Positions 1 to 10,065 of a stretch of 64,000 nt of DNA are shown piece after piece. Numbering within the stretch: position 1 is the stretch's first letter; every line of letters starts with the position of its first letter. The translations under genes were made by a program, and so were the position numbers. The stretch is from an uncultured Pseudanabaenaceae cyanobacterium (lineage in GTDB: Bacteria; Cyanobacteriota; Cyanobacteriia; PCC-9006; JAAUQQ01). The DNA is taken from positions 10,108 through 74,107 of the forward strand of contig CALIJJ010000209.1 of NCBI GenBank assembly GCA_938017515.1, read 5' to 3'. The notes under the pieces were generated by a model. It ran no database searches. It saw only the letters and a program-made list of their open reading frames with translations, and was not told where the DNA came from.

Positions 1-155
1 TTGTGCTCGACTTCCACCGTGCCCTGAACGGGGGTCAGCGTTTCCAAATCCTGGAGATAGTCCTGAACCGGTAACTTGACGCCCCGTTCCGAAATTTGCA
101 GTAACTGGGGAATGGCTATGGGCTTAAGAGCGGAATTCGATCGCTTTTTGTCCAT
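1..155 (-). CDS. Hypothetical protein, partial (N-terminus in window, C-terminus beyond window start)
   Basis: ATG on minus strand at 153-155. Translation MDKKRSNSALKPIAIPQLLQISERGVKLPVQDYLQDLETLTPVQGTVEVEH stays open to position 1. Lies downstream of jag in the same orientation. No recognisable domain. Confidence 0.3.
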   Translation of the reverse strand, partial: MDKKRSNSALKPIAIPQLLQISERGVKLPVQDYLQDLETLTPVQGTVEVEH

Positions 156-361
156 TACAGACCCCCCGTTTCGTCAGTGTCAGCGATTGCAAAGAAGGAG
201 TAGCATCAGGCTCTGACAGATTCTCTGCCTCGATCCCCTGCTACTCCTCCATTTTGCGGTAATGCGGGCGAATTTTTCCGATCGCTTCTATGAAGCGCTT
301 TGGGAAGTGCCATGGGAAGCACCACGGCATGGCGGTAGGGCGCTTGAGTCAACCCGGTTGT

Positions 362-901
362 CTACTGCTCGGAAGAGCGGGGGTGAACCACCAAGCAGCG
401 ATCGGGCTCTTTGCCTCGACTAAAGGTTTCCAGGTCCGGGAAATGGTCCTTAAAAATCGTGTGGACCTGGCGACGCTCTGCTGAGGAAAGGGCATGAATT
501 TCAAATTCCTCCGCTTCCCCAGTCTGGACGGCCGCAGCCGCCTCATCGACCAAGGTTCTCAATTCCGTCAGGCGACGTTCGCGGTAGCCATTGAGGTCCA
601 CAACGAAGGGGAGTTGAGCCTCGGGTTCCATGTGGAGATTGAGTTCGAGGCTGGCCATGTATTGGATGGCGTCCAGGACCGAGCCGCGATCGCCCACCAG
701 CCGTTCCGCCTGCTCATCACTCAGCTGCTCCGAATCAATGGTGAGCCACACCACCTCATCGTGGTCACCTTCCGCAGCAGGGCTATGGGCAAGGGGGGCC
801 GATAGATCACTTTCAATCCGGGCCGAGAATCCGCTCAGTTCCAATAGCTTGCTCAGCCAGGTACTGCCACGTTCGATTTGTTTTTGTGTTGCTTCGCTCA
901 T
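362..901 (-). CDS. jag: Jag/KhpB-type R3H-domain RNA-binding protein (SpoIIIJ-associated protein)
   Basis: 179-aa ORF immediately downstream of yidC on the same strand. C-terminal R3H-like motif (SAERRQVHTIF). Matches the conserved yidC-jag arrangement. Confidence 0.75.
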   Translation of the reverse strand: MSEATQKQIERGSTWLSKLLELSGFSARIESDLSAPLAHSPAAEGDHDEVVWLTIDSEQLSDEQAERLVGDRGSVLDAIQYMASLELNLHMEPEAQLPFVVDLNGYRERRLTELRTLVDEAAAAVQTGEAEEFEIHALSSAERRQVHTIFKDHFPDLETFSRGKEPDRCLVVHPRSSEQ

Positions 902-1017
902 GATTCGCTACCGCTCAGCGTGAGAACCCAATCCCATAAAAAATAGGGACACAGCCATGCTGTACCCCTACAAAATACCAAACCCTACAGAGTTGTATCG
1001 GAAATGGTTGTTATGTC

Positions 1018-2268
1018 TTAGGACTTCTTCGAGCTTTTCTTGCCCTTCTTGCCACCCTTCGAGGCTGGCTTCTTACGACCGCCCTTGGTGGTTTCTTTCG
1101 CTTCTGCTTTGGCCGCTTCCTTCTTAGGATTCTTAGGCTCAAAGGCCATGCGGTTGTTCGCTGCGTTGGCTTGCTTTTGCTGAGCGTCCAGAATGGTCTG
1201 GATATTCTCCGGCAGGGGTTCGCGCATCAAGAAGAAGGTCTGCACGGTCTGGAAGATGTTGGCAATCACCATGTACATCAACACACCGGCAGGCAGGGGG
1301 AAGAACAGGAACATACCTGAGAAAAGAACGGGGGTAATTTTCTGAATCGTCTCCTGCTGGGCTTGCTGAGCATTGTCGGCAGCGGGTGCTGCAGTATTCT
1401 TGCTCGTGGTCAGCTTTTGGCTGACGAAAAGGCTGACACCAAAGGCCAACACCATGGCAACGATGTCGAAGTTGATGCTGCCATCTTCATTGCGAGCGCC
1501 GACGCGACCCAGGGCCTCGATGAAGAGGAAGCCTTTATTGGCTGCAAGACCCGGCACCGTTCCCTGAATGCTGGCATCACCGGGCGCCAAAGCAACAATG
1601 TTGCCATTCTGGTCGATGCTGATTTTGTCTTCACCTTTTGTGATCGTCCATTCCGGCGTCACGTCGGTGTCAGGGTGCTGAGCCGCTAGTTCAGCAAAGG
1701 CCACATCATCAATGGTTTTGAACTCAATGCTGGTGGTGTCGCCCACACCCAACTTGGTGCCACCGGGCAGGATGGCTTCGACTTTGGAGTGAACCCCTTC
1801 ATCGAAGTAAATATTTTGGGGCTTCGTGGCAAAGGCTTTGGGAACCACCTGCTCCATCTTTTCCTGGGGCAGGACTTGAATGTTGGCGGTGTAGTTGATG
1901 TTTGCAAAGGGCGATCCACGCAGGGTTGCAAACAGTGCAAACAGGATCGGCATCTGGAAGAGAACAGGCAGACAGCCCGCGAGGGGGTTGCCCAGTTCTT
2001 TCATCAGATTGCCCAGCTCTTCCTGCTGTTTGGCTGGGTCATCCTTGTAGCGCTCGCGAATCTCCTTTTGGCGCTCCTGCATGATGGGCTGGACCACTTT
2101 GGTCTTGCGCATGTTGCGGATGGAGCCCGCACTAAGCGGAAAGACCGCGAAACGCACAACCAACGTCAAGGCCACGATGGCGAGACCGTAGCTCGGCACC
2201 AATCCATAGAAAAAATCTAGGATGGGGAGCATGACGTTGTTGGACAGAAAACCGATACCAAAATCCAT
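1018..2268 (-). CDS. yidC: Membrane protein insertase YidC/Oxa1 family
   Basis: 416-aa polytopic membrane ORF with a lysine-rich basic C-terminal tail ([10 protein letters not shown]). Shows the family's conserved hydrophobic core. Sits in the rnpA-yidC-jag cluster. Confidence 0.9.
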   Translation of the reverse strand: MDFGIGFLSNNVMLPILDFFYGLVPSYGLAIVALTLVVRFAVFPLSAGSIRNMRKTKVVQPIMQERQKEIRERYKDDPAKQQEELGNLMKELGNPLAGCLPVLFQMPILFALFATLRGSPFANINYTANIQVLPQEKMEQVVPKAFATKPQNIYFDEGVHSKVEAILPGGTKLGVGDTTSIEFKTIDDVAFAELAAQHPDTDVTPEWTITKGEDKISIDQNGNIVALAPGDASIQGTVPGLAANKGFLFIEALGRVGARNEDGSINFDIVAMVLAFGVSLFVSQKLTTSKNTAAPAADNAQQAQQETIQKITPVLFSGMFLFFPLPAGVLMYMVIANIFQTVQTFFLMREPLPENIQTILDAQQKQANAANNRMAFEPKNPKKEAAKAEAKETTKGGRKKPASKGGKKGKKSSKKS

Positions 2269-2330
2269 TCGTGTTGGGAGGTGATGTGAACGATTAAACC
2301 TAACTGCTAAACCTAACGACGATGCCTAAC

Positions 2331-2711
2331 TCAGGTGTCCGCGGTTGCAGGCTCTAGCTTGGCCTGCTTGCGGAGAAATTCTTCAACTTCACGGAAGTTG
2401 GGGACGGCCCGCATTTCCAGGCGGGTGCCATCTTGGAGCGTCACGACCATGTCACCCCAGAACCCCAGACCCCGGGGTACGGCGATGATACTTTTAATTT
2501 CCCGATGGATAACATCCCAGCGATCGCGTCCCATCCAACCGCCAATTACTGTCAAACGACGATTGGTGATGCGATAGCGCAGCCAAAGGGCACGGACCAC
2601 CGCACCCACTGTTAGCGGTATACCCAGCACTGTAAAGCCAACCAGAACATTGATAATTAGGTCTCCAATATGAGGACCGCCCTCATAGAAAACCTCTTCA
2701 CGAATGGCCAT
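2331..2711 (-). CDS. PH-domain (bPH_2/YdbS-like) membrane protein
   Basis: 126-aa ORF with two N-terminal TM segments followed by a small soluble domain. Occupies the position between rnpA and yidC that is typical of cyanobacteria. Confidence 0.55.
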   Translation of the reverse strand: MAIREEVFYEGGPHIGDLIINVLVGFTVLGIPLTVGAVVRALWLRYRITNRRLTVIGGWMGRDRWDVIHREIKSIIAVPRGLGFWGDMVVTLQDGTRLEMRAVPNFREVEEFLRKQAKLEPATADT

Positions 2712-3069
2712 CGAGCACCTCGGCTTTTGCCAACAACTGCTCTAATTCTTGCAAAAATTTGTGATAATCGCACTCTAATGCGGCGGGTTTTACGGTAATC
2801 ACTAATAATCTGCCGGGTGATAGACGCGGCAGCAACGTCTGGAACCCTGCCAGGATTTGTCGGCGAATTCGATTGCGAATCACCGCCCGCTTATGGACTT
2901 TCTGACTCACCACCACAGCGACCCGAATGGGCGCTGGTAAGTCAGAAGCTCCCTCAGGACTAGGAACAACTCTTAGTAGCAAATGAGAGGCATGATGACG
3001 TCTGCCTCTCCGATATACCGTGTCAAATTCTTGCCGTCGCCGGAGGCGATGAGCTTTTGGAAGCGCCAC
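2698..3069 (-). CDS. rnpA: Ribonuclease P protein component
   Basis: 123-aa basic protein (MALPKAHRLRRRQEFDTVYRRGRR...) directly downstream of rpmH. The start codon appears to be GTG (minus-strand complement cac at 3067-3069). Overlaps the next gene by 14 nt. Confidence 0.85.
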   Translation of the reverse strand: MALPKAHRLRRRQEFDTVYRRGRRHHASHLLLRVVPSPEGASDLPAPIRVAVVVSQKVHKRAVIRNRIRRQILAGFQTLLPRLSPGRLLVITVKPAALECDYHKFLQELEQLLAKAEVLDGHS

Positions 3070-3103
3070 ACTGTTCTAGATCTTAATCTCGTGAGACCTC
3101 AAC

Positions 3104-3241
3104 CTAAACAGCGAGGCGAGCACGGCCCTTCTTGCGGCGAGCTTTGATCACATTGCGGCCGGTGCGGGTGCGCATGCGAGCCCGGAAACCGGAGGTGCGC
3201 TTCTGTTTGCGGTTTGTACCGCCGAGAGTTCTCTTGGTCAT
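3104..3241 (-). CDS. rpmH: 50S ribosomal protein L34
   Basis: Not in the ORF track because it is under 60 aa. Minus-strand translation [45 protein letters not shown] (45 aa) is the canonical L34 sequence. Lies upstream of rnpA. Confidence 0.9.
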   Translation of the reverse strand: MTKRTLGGTNRKQKRTSGFRARMRTRTGRNVIKARRKKGRARLAV

Positions 3242-3475
3242 GGCACTCAGTTATTAAAAGTCACAGTTGACCAGCATACCGTTCCGGTTTAATGGTCGGC
3301 AAGCGTTTTGCAATCTTTCGGCGATGTTCGTGCGGGATTGAGGGGTAGGGATCATAACTATAGGGGGTGGGCCCAAGCGATCGCCCTGCTTGGAATCAGT
3401 CTGCTCGTTGCCCCCCCGTTAGTGTTAAAACCGTTAGTCCCAGAACCTGTTGTCTCAGAACCGTTAATTCCAGAT

Positions 3476-4858
3476 ATGTCTTCTATGATCACTGCACCGG
3501 TTGCGCCGGGGACCACCAGGCTGGAGACGTTGGAGATGAGCCTGACCGAGCGCTATCGCCAGGTCCGTTGTTTTAGTGAAGCCCTCTGCGCCCCGTTGGA
3601 AACAGAGGACTATGGTGTCCAAAGTATGGCGGACGTGAGTCCACCGAAGTGGCACTTGGGCCATGTGAGTTGGTTCTTTGAGACATTTCTGCTGGTTCCT
3701 CACCTGCCGGGCTATGAGCTGTTTCACCCCAAGTTTGGCTATCTGTTTAATTCCTACTACGAGGCAGTGGGGGAGCGGCACCCTAGGCCCCAGCGGGGTC
3801 TCTTGTCTCGGCCCACGGTGGCAGAGGTCTATCGCTATCGCGCCTATGTAGACGGGGCGATGGAGCGCTTGCTGAATCAGCGGGGACAGGAGCGCGAGAT
3901 TGCGGCTTTGGTGGTGCTAGGGCTGCACCATGAGCAGCAGCATCAGGAATTGCTGGTGACCGATATCAAGCACATCCTGGCGATCAATCCGCTGCGGCCT
4001 GTTTACCGTGAAGATTTGGGCCGCGAAGATTTGGGCCGCGAAGATTTGCATGATCCCGTAGGGGCGAGCATCCCGCGCCCTCCGGCATTGGAATTTGTGA
4101 ATATTGAAGCGGGCATTGTCGAGATGGGTCGCGATGTGTCGGGGTTGGAGGCCAGGTTCGAAGATTTTGCCTTTGATAACGAGGGGCCGAAGCACAAGGT
4201 CTATGTCGGAGAGTTTGCGATCGCCAACCGTCTCGTGACCAACCGCGAGTACCTGGAATTCATCGAAGCAGGCGGCTACCGCCAACCCCAGCATTGGCTC
4301 TCCGAGGGCTGGGGCACCATCCTCAAGGAGCAATGGGAAGCGCCGCTGTACTGGGAGAAGATCAATGATGAGTGGCATGTGATGACCCTGGGGGGTCTGC
4401 AGCCGCTTAATTTGGACGAGCCGGTTTGCCACGTCAGCCTGTATGAAGCAGATGCCTACGCAAGCTGGGCCGAGAAGCGATTGCCCACGGAGGCGGAGTG
4501 GGAGTTGGTCGCGCAGCAGCAGTGGTCTGAGCAAGCCAATGAGCTACGGGACACAGGCAATTGGGTTGAGCAAGACTGTCTCCATCCTCAAGCGTTCCAG
4601 GGGAATCAATCTGGCACCTGCATCCACCAACTCTTCGGCGACGTCTGGGAGTGGACCCAAAGCGCCTACTTGCCCTATCCGGGATTCCAGGTGGCAGAGG
4701 GGGCCATCGGCGAATACAACGGCAAGTTTATGTGCGGACAGCGGGTCCTCCGAGGTGGATCCTGTGCCACATCTGTGAGCCACATCCGTCCGACCTACCG
4801 CAATTTCTTTCCGCCTTCAACGCGGTGGCAGTTCTCGGGCATTCGCCTCGCACGATAA
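3476..4858 (+). CDS. egtB: Ergothioneine biosynthesis sulfoxide synthase EgtB (DinB_2 plus FGE-sulfatase domains)
   Basis: N-terminal DinB-like region with the HLGH motif (KWHLGHVSWFFE). C-terminal FGE/sulfatase-modifying-factor-like region. The track ORF begins at 3308 and the true start is uncertain, at 3308, 3476 or 3536. Followed by egtD. Confidence 0.8.
   Translation: MSSMITAPVAPGTTRLETLEMSLTERYRQVRCFSEALCAPLETEDYGVQSMADVSPPKWHLGHVSWFFETFLLVPHLPGYELFHPKFGYLFNSYYEAVGERHPRPQRGLLSRPTVAEVYRYRAYVDGAMERLLNQRGQEREIAALVVLGLHHEQQHQELLVTDIKHILAINPLRPVYREDLGREDLGREDLHDPVGASIPRPPALEFVNIEAGIVEMGRDVSGLEARFEDFAFDNEGPKHKVYVGEFAIANRLVTNREYLEFIEAGGYRQPQHWLSEGWGTILKEQWEAPLYWEKINDEWHVMTLGGLQPLNLDEPVCHVSLYEADAYASWAEKRLPTEAEWELVAQQQWSEQANELRDTGNWVEQDCLHPQAFQGNQSGTCIHQLFGDVWEWTQSAYLPYPGFQVAEGAIGEYNGKFMCGQRVLRGGSCATSVSHIRPTYRNFFPPSTRWQFSGIRLAR
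4007..4051 (+). repeat. Three 15-bp tandem repeats inside egtB encoding REDLG-REDLG-REDL
   Basis: cgtgaagatttgggc, cgcgaagatttgggc and cgcgaagatttgcat are directly tandem. Confidence 0.8.
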
Positions 4859-4982
4859 ACGACAGGCCTGCCCTGGCTTTGACCCGATGTCAGGGGGATT
4901 TCCGTTCTTGCGTCGAGGACTGAGAAGTGAAACGGTCTTACTAGGGCGTACCGCCTCTGCTGCATCTGCATCCATCATCACT

Positions 4983-5969
4983 ATGATCTCCGTGACTGCT
5001 TCCCTTCAATTGTTCGATTTCCATCCAGCGCTGGAAGATTTTCGAGCTTCGGTACTCCAGGGACTCAAGCAAACGCCGAAGCGCGTGTCTTCGGCGGCTT
5101 GGCTGTATGACCAGCGAGGGGCGGAGTTATTTGATGCGATCACGGTGCTAGATGAGTACTATTTGACGCGCACCGAGATGTCGATTTTTCGGCAGTATGG
5201 CGCCGAGATTGGCGATCGCATCGCCGGTGGTGCCCTGGTGGAATTTGGCAGCGGCAGCAGCAAGAAGATCCGTATCCTGTTTGATGCGCTGAAGGACAAG
5301 GGCAAGGCATTGCCGGTGTATGTCGGGCTAGATATCTCGAAAGAGCATCTGCAGGCCTCCTGTGAGCAGTTGCAGGGGGATTATCCGGAGCTGGAGGCGA
5401 TCGCCATCTGCGCGGACTACACCCAGCCCTTGGAACTGCCCGATGTCTTTCGTCTGCAAACTCGCCCCAAAACCGCTTTCTTTCCCGGCTCGACCATCGG
5501 TAATTTGGAACCAGACCGAGCCGTTGATTTTCTTTCCACTGTGGCGAGTTTGGTGGGCCAGGGCGGTGGCTTGCTGATCGGGGTAGATCTGAAAAAGGAT
5601 AAGTCCATCCTTGAGCCAGCCTACGACGATGCCCAGGGAACCTCGGCTGCGTTTGCGCTCAATCTGTTGGCACGGATAAACCGGGAGTTGGAGGCGGATT
5701 TTAATCTCGACCAGTTTCGCTATGAGGCGATTTACAACGAAACAGCAGGGCGGATCGAGATGTATATCGTTAGCCTGATCGATCAGGTGGTAATGGTTGC
5801 AGGGGAGGCGATCGCGTTTGCCGCAGGAGAGCGACTGCTGACGGAGCATTCCTACAAGTACACACCAGCCGAGTTTCGAGGTTTGGCTGGGCAGGCGAGC
5901 TGGGAAGCACGATCGATCTGGACCGATGCCGAAGCTCAATTTATGGTCATGGACTTAGTTGTTGTCTAG
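4983..5969 (+). CDS. egtD: L-histidine N-alpha-methyltransferase EgtD
   Basis: Matches the EgtD family signature, including a SAM-dependent MTase fold (LVEFGSGSSKK). The track ORF starts at 4887. The internal ATG at 4983 (MISVTASLQLFDF...) fits family length. Immediately downstream of egtB. Confidence 0.8.
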   Translation: MISVTASLQLFDFHPALEDFRASVLQGLKQTPKRVSSAAWLYDQRGAELFDAITVLDEYYLTRTEMSIFRQYGAEIGDRIAGGALVEFGSGSSKKIRILFDALKDKGKALPVYVGLDISKEHLQASCEQLQGDYPELEAIAICADYTQPLELPDVFRLQTRPKTAFFPGSTIGNLEPDRAVDFLSTVASLVGQGGGLLIGVDLKKDKSILEPAYDDAQGTSAAFALNLLARINRELEADFNLDQFRYEAIYNETAGRIEMYIVSLIDQVVMVAGEAIAFAAGERLLTEHSYKYTPAEFRGLAGQASWEARSIWTDAEAQFMVMDLVVV

Positions 5970-6067
5970 GTCCGTGAGCAAATTTGCACCCAGGCAGTAG
6001 CATATAGTCCAATCGCTGCTTCGAATTCTCCGACGATTGTTGTTGCTATCTACTCTCAGCATCCATC

Positions 6068-7783
6068 ATGCGCACCTGGGTTGGTCAGACACTCCAAGAC
6101 GGCAAATATAGCCTCGACTCCGTTCTGGGCGAAGGCGGCTTTGGCATCACATTCAAAGCCACCCATACCTATCTGAATCAAACCGTCGTTGTCAAAACCC
6201 TCAACCAGAAAATTCAGCAGTCCCAGGACTTCGACAAACTGCGCCAGCAGTTCCAAGCCGAGGCCCAACGCCTAGCGCTCTGCAGCCATCCCAATATCGT
6301 CCGCGTCAGCGATTTCTTTAGCCAGCGTGCTCCCGGCAGCGTCCTCACCTTGCCTTTCATGGTGATGGACTATATCCCCGGCAAATCCCTCGAAGAAATT
6401 GTCTTTCCCGATAACCCCCTCGCCGAAGATTTGGCGCTGCACTACACGCGCCAAATTGGCGAAGCACTGCACGTCGTCCATAAAAAGGGTCTCTTGCACC
6501 GCGATATCAAGCCTCAGAACATCATGCGGCGGGCAGGCACCCACGATGTCATCCTGATTGACTTTGGCATTGCCCGGGAGTACCAGCAGGGGCAGGTGGA
6601 TACCCATACGACCATCATTTCGCCGGGATATGCGCCGCTGGAGCAGTACATCGAAGCGGCGGAGCGGACGCCCGCTAGTGATGTCTATGGTTTGGCGGCG
6701 ACACTGTATGCGCTGGTGACGGCGACGGTGCCTATGGCATCTATTTTATTGCAGGCACAACCTTTGAAGGCGCCGCGATCGCTCAATTCCCGTATCTCTT
6801 CCCTCACCAACGCCGCCATCCTCAGCGGTATGGCCCTCGAAGTGGGTCGTCGTCCCACAAGCGTGCGCCGCTGGCTGGAGCAATTGCCGAAGGTCAAGCC
6901 TGACGTTCTCACCCAGCTGACCCAAGCCACACCCGCAGCATCACCGCCCTCCCAGGTCGCGACGGTTGCTGTGGCACCTTATGCCAAAGATACTGGCGTG
7001 GCATCGCCGGGGCAGCGGCCTGCTCAACCGCCGATTCCAACGCCGAAGACCCCGCTGTATGACCCCCAGGCCAATGTCGCGCCATTGCCGAAGACGCAGT
7101 TGCCGGAACCACGGCAGAAAAGACGAAGGACCCCCTGGAAGTTGCTGGGGTGTTTGGCCTTTCTAGGGGTGAGTATTGGGGCGATCGCCGCTATCTTTGC
7201 AGCCCTCTTTGTGTTGCCCAATCGCAGCCTGCCTGGTGTGAGTCGAGGTCCGGAGTCAGGCACAGTGGGCGATCGCCCAGGCAATAGCTCGAACAGCGGT
7301 TCAGCCAATTCGTCAGACCCTGGAGAGGATGGTCGTACAACTGACCGTAAACCGAACCGACCGAGCTTTGCCATAGACCAGCTGCCGCAGTTTTCGGTGG
7401 GTGCAACGGAGCAGCAGGTGGAAGCCAAACTGGGCCAGCCAGACCTCTCTCGCAAAGGCTTTTGGCCCAATACCCAGGCGGAACGCTATGACCTGATTCC
7501 GAATCGAGCGACGTTGGGATTCATTTACGATCGTGATACCCGTCTGCTGCGGCAGACCGAAGCAACGTTTGATGCGGCGGTGGATTTGCCGGTGATGGAG
7601 CGTGCCTTGGATGGACTGTTGGGAGAGCCTGCGACGACCATCGCCCAGGCAAAACTAGCCCAGGTCCGCGTTGGGCAGCTCAAGAGCTACAGCTTTGAGC
7701 AGGGGCCGATGAAAGGAACCTTTGAGTACAACGCAGCTAAGAATCGCGTTTACATGGCGGTTTGGGATGCCAAACTGCACTGA
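6068..7783 (+). CDS. Transmembrane serine/threonine protein kinase
   Basis: N-terminal Hanks kinase domain: Gly loop [17 protein letters not shown] lysine, [10 protein letters not shown] catalytic loop, DFG. Followed by a Pro-rich linker, one TM helix ([25 protein letters not shown]) and a roughly 170-aa extracytoplasmic C-terminal domain. Confidence 0.85.
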   Translation: MRTWVGQTLQDGKYSLDSVLGEGGFGITFKATHTYLNQTVVVKTLNQKIQQSQDFDKLRQQFQAEAQRLALCSHPNIVRVSDFFSQRAPGSVLTLPFMVMDYIPGKSLEEIVFPDNPLAEDLALHYTRQIGEALHVVHKKGLLHRDIKPQNIMRRAGTHDVILIDFGIAREYQQGQVDTHTTIISPGYAPLEQYIEAAERTPASDVYGLAATLYALVTATVPMASILLQAQPLKAPRSLNSRISSLTNAAILSGMALEVGRRPTSVRRWLEQLPKVKPDVLTQLTQATPAASPPSQVATVAVAPYAKDTGVASPGQRPAQPPIPTPKTPLYDPQANVAPLPKTQLPEPRQKRRRTPWKLLGCLAFLGVSIGAIAAIFAALFVLPNRSLPGVSRGPESGTVGDRPGNSSNSGSANSSDPGEDGRTTDRKPNRPSFAIDQLPQFSVGATEQQVEAKLGQPDLSRKGFWPNTQAERYDLIPNRATLGFIYDRDTRLLRQTEATFDAAVDLPVMERALDGLLGEPATTIAQAKLAQVRVGQLKSYSFEQGPMKGTFEYNAAKNRVYMAVWDAKLH

Positions 7784-7851
7784 AGCCGGTTGCTGAAATC
7801 GGCTCTGGGGCAGCTGCTCTAGAATGGGAGAGAACCGCGCCGGAGATTGCC

Positions 7852-8427
7852 ATGACTGCTTTTGTGGTGAACATAAAGCCGACGATTGAGCTGGATGATG
7901 AGCAGTTCTATCAGCTCTGTCGTCAAAATCCCGATCTCAAGTTCGAGCGTAGTGCAACAGGGCAATTAATCATCATGCCACCCACTGGAGGTGAAAGCGG
8001 TCGCAGGAATGCCGACCTTGTGATTGACTTGGGCATCTGGAACCGGCAGGTAGGCTTGGGCGTCGTGCTCGATTCTTCCACGGGCTTCAAACTCCCCAAT
8101 GGCGCGGATCGTTCGCCGGATGTCTCCTGGGTAGAGCTGAGTCGTTGGGTCGCTCTGACGACAGAACAGCGCGAAAAATTTCCACCGATCGCGCCGGATT
8201 TTGTCGTGGAGTTGCGTTCTCGTACGGACAGTCTCGCACCGCTCCAGGAAAAAATGCAGGAGTACATTGCCAACGGCGTCAGGTTGGGGCTGTTGATCAA
8301 CCCGCAGGATAAGCAAGTAGAGGTTTACCGGCCTGGGCAAGCCATGCAGAGGTTAGAGCAACCTGGAAGTGTTGACTGTGAGCCGGAGCTGCCAGGTTTG
8401 GTTTTGAGCCTTACCGGGATTCTGTGA
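7852..8427 (+). CDS. Uma2-family (DUF820) restriction-endonuclease-like protein
   Basis: About 190 aa with the PD-(D/E)xK-like Uma2 core (PDFVVE...). Lies 68 bp downstream of the kinase. The track ORF extends to 7762, but the ATG at 7852 gives typical Uma2 length. Confidence 0.8.
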   Translation: MTAFVVNIKPTIELDDEQFYQLCRQNPDLKFERSATGQLIIMPPTGGESGRRNADLVIDLGIWNRQVGLGVVLDSSTGFKLPNGADRSPDVSWVELSRWVALTTEQREKFPPIAPDFVVELRSRTDSLAPLQEKMQEYIANGVRLGLLINPQDKQVEVYRPGQAMQRLEQPGSVDCEPELPGLVLSLTGIL

Positions 8428-8456
8428 CGGTGTGTCCCTGTCCAGAGGGTGCCGAA

Positions 8457-8783
8457 TTAATAGAAAATGGCCAGCCAAATGGTTTCGACAGCTGGTGTTG
8501 TCCAAGCCACGCGATGTTTGACATGAGCCGGAATATTGACGTGATCTCCTGGCTCCAGCGAAAGCGTGCGGTTTTCAAACTGTAGCTTTGCGGACCCCTG
8601 CACCAAGAGAACCCACTCCGCTTGCGCTTGGTCGTACCAAAAACCATCCTCAGAACAGTGACCCTTGGAGACAATGCGCTCAATCCGAAGCGAGCCGGAT
8701 TGGAGCAGGGTGCGAGCAATTTCCTCAGGCAGATCCGCCGGGATAGCTTCAAAGAGATTGCTCGCCGCTGGTGCAGAAGTCAT
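8457..8783 (-). CDS. Cupin-domain protein
   Basis: 108 aa with the two cupin His-containing motifs (GDHVNIPAHVKHRV). Confidence 0.7.
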   Translation of the reverse strand: MTSAPAASNLFEAIPADLPEEIARTLLQSGSLRIERIVSKGHCSEDGFWYDQAQAEWVLLVQGSAKLQFENRTLSLEPGDHVNIPAHVKHRVAWTTPAVETIWLAIFY

Positions 8784-8801
8784 GACTGAATCACCATCGG
8801 T

Positions 8802-8954
8802 TTACTGCAAGCCAAACCACAGCCAGCCCAGATCGACGGGGGCCGGAACCATGGGACCACGGCTGTCCAAAAACTGCACTAGCAGTAGATAGGCGAGCGC
8901 CAATCCCAAAGAAATCACGCCCGTAATAATTGCGACAACCTTAGAACGATCCAT
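8802..8954 (-). CDS. Small hydrophobic protein (50 aa), possible
   Basis: Sub-threshold ORF MDRSKVVAIITGVISLGLALAYLLLVQFLDSRGPMVPAPVDLGWLWFGLQ. It has one clear TM helix and sits 18 bp upstream of the cupin gene on the same strand. Confidence 0.3.
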   Translation of the reverse strand: MDRSKVVAIITGVISLGLALAYLLLVQFLDSRGPMVPAPVDLGWLWFGLQ

Positions 8955-9081
8955 TAACTCTGCCCAGTCCTGTTAAAGTGCAAATCGCAAGCCATTGCGG
9001 CCCATGGAATTTTTCCCATGGGGCTGCCCGCCTGCGTACCGTCCACTGTAACCTCTGTCTCCTCTCTATTGCTCCTCACCT

Positions 9082-10065
9082 ATGGATGCGATCGCCACCC
9101 CCACGACCGAGCCCACGACCCCTCCTGAAGCGCCGATCGTTGTCCAGATCGATAACCTACGTAAGGTCTATCGCACTGGCTTCTGGATGAATCGTCGGAT
9201 CGAATCCCTCAAGGGAGTCAGCATCACGGTTCGCCGGGGTGAAACCTTTGGCTTGCTGGGGCCGAACGGTGCTGGCAAAACGACACTACTCAAGTCCCTA
9301 TTGGGGTTAGTGCGACCCACGGCTGGGAACGGTCAGCTCCTGGGTGCAAAACTGGGCGATCGCGCCACCCACCAACGCATTGGCTACCTGCCCGAAAATC
9401 CCTACTTCTACGATTACCTCACCGGCTGGGAATTCCTCAAATTCAGCGCTGGAATCTTTGGCATTCCGGGCAAAGTTCAAAAAGAACGGATCGTTCAACT
9501 GTTGGATTTGGTGGGCCTAGCCCAGTCTGCGGCCAAGAAAAAGCAGATGCGTCAATATTCCAAAGGGATGCTCCAGCGCGTTGGTATGGCCCAGGCGCTG
9601 ATCAATGACCCGGACCTTGTCTTTTTGGATGAGCCCATGTCCGGATTAGACCCCCTGGGGCGGGTGCAGATCCGCGAAATCATTCAGACACTGAAGGCCC
9701 AGGGCAAGACGATCTTCTTCAATAGCCATGTGTTGGCGGATGTGGAACAGATCTGCGATCGCGTCGCCATCCTGGCCCAGGGCAATCTTCTCTGTACGGG
9801 TGCCCTTGATGAGTTGCTGGGTACCACCAACCTCTACGCCGTGAAAGGCCGAGGGGGAAACCTGGACCTCCTGGGTCAGTGGCTAGACGACTTAGAGGTA
9901 CTGGAAGATCACTGGCAGGGCCACCTTGCTCGTAATCCCCAGGATTTCATGGCCAGCATGCAACTGATGGGAGCCCAGCTCATTGCGATGAATCTGGCTA
10001 GACCGACGCTGGAAGAATTTTTTGTGCAGCAACTCGAAACGCGGGGGCTTCGCCACAGCACCTAA
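9082..10065 (+). CDS. ABC transporter ATP-binding protein (ABC-2 type)
   Basis: Walker A GPNGAGKTT, signature LSGGMxQR-like (YSKGMLQRVGMAQAL), Walker B LVFLDEP, and H-loop. Confidence 0.85.
   Translation: MDAIATPTTEPTTPPEAPIVVQIDNLRKVYRTGFWMNRRIESLKGVSITVRRGETFGLLGPNGAGKTTLLKSLLGLVRPTAGNGQLLGAKLGDRATHQRIGYLPENPYFYDYLTGWEFLKFSAGIFGIPGKVQKERIVQLLDLVGLAQSAAKKKQMRQYSKGMLQRVGMAQALINDPDLVFLDEPMSGLDPLGRVQIREIIQTLKAQGKTIFFNSHVLADVEQICDRVAILAQGNLLCTGALDELLGTTNLYAVKGRGGNLDLLGQWLDDLEVLEDHWQGHLARNPQDFMASMQLMGAQLIAMNLARPTLEEFFVQQLETRGLRHST

Noticed and set aside
494-923. Two + strand ORFs (103 and 97 aa) over the jag gene
   Set aside because: Antisense to Jag, which has the expected R3H motif and position after yidC.
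3917-4534. 205-aa minus-strand ORF within egtB, and 5328-5939 (-) within egtD
   Set aside because: Both are antisense to genes with clear family signatures.
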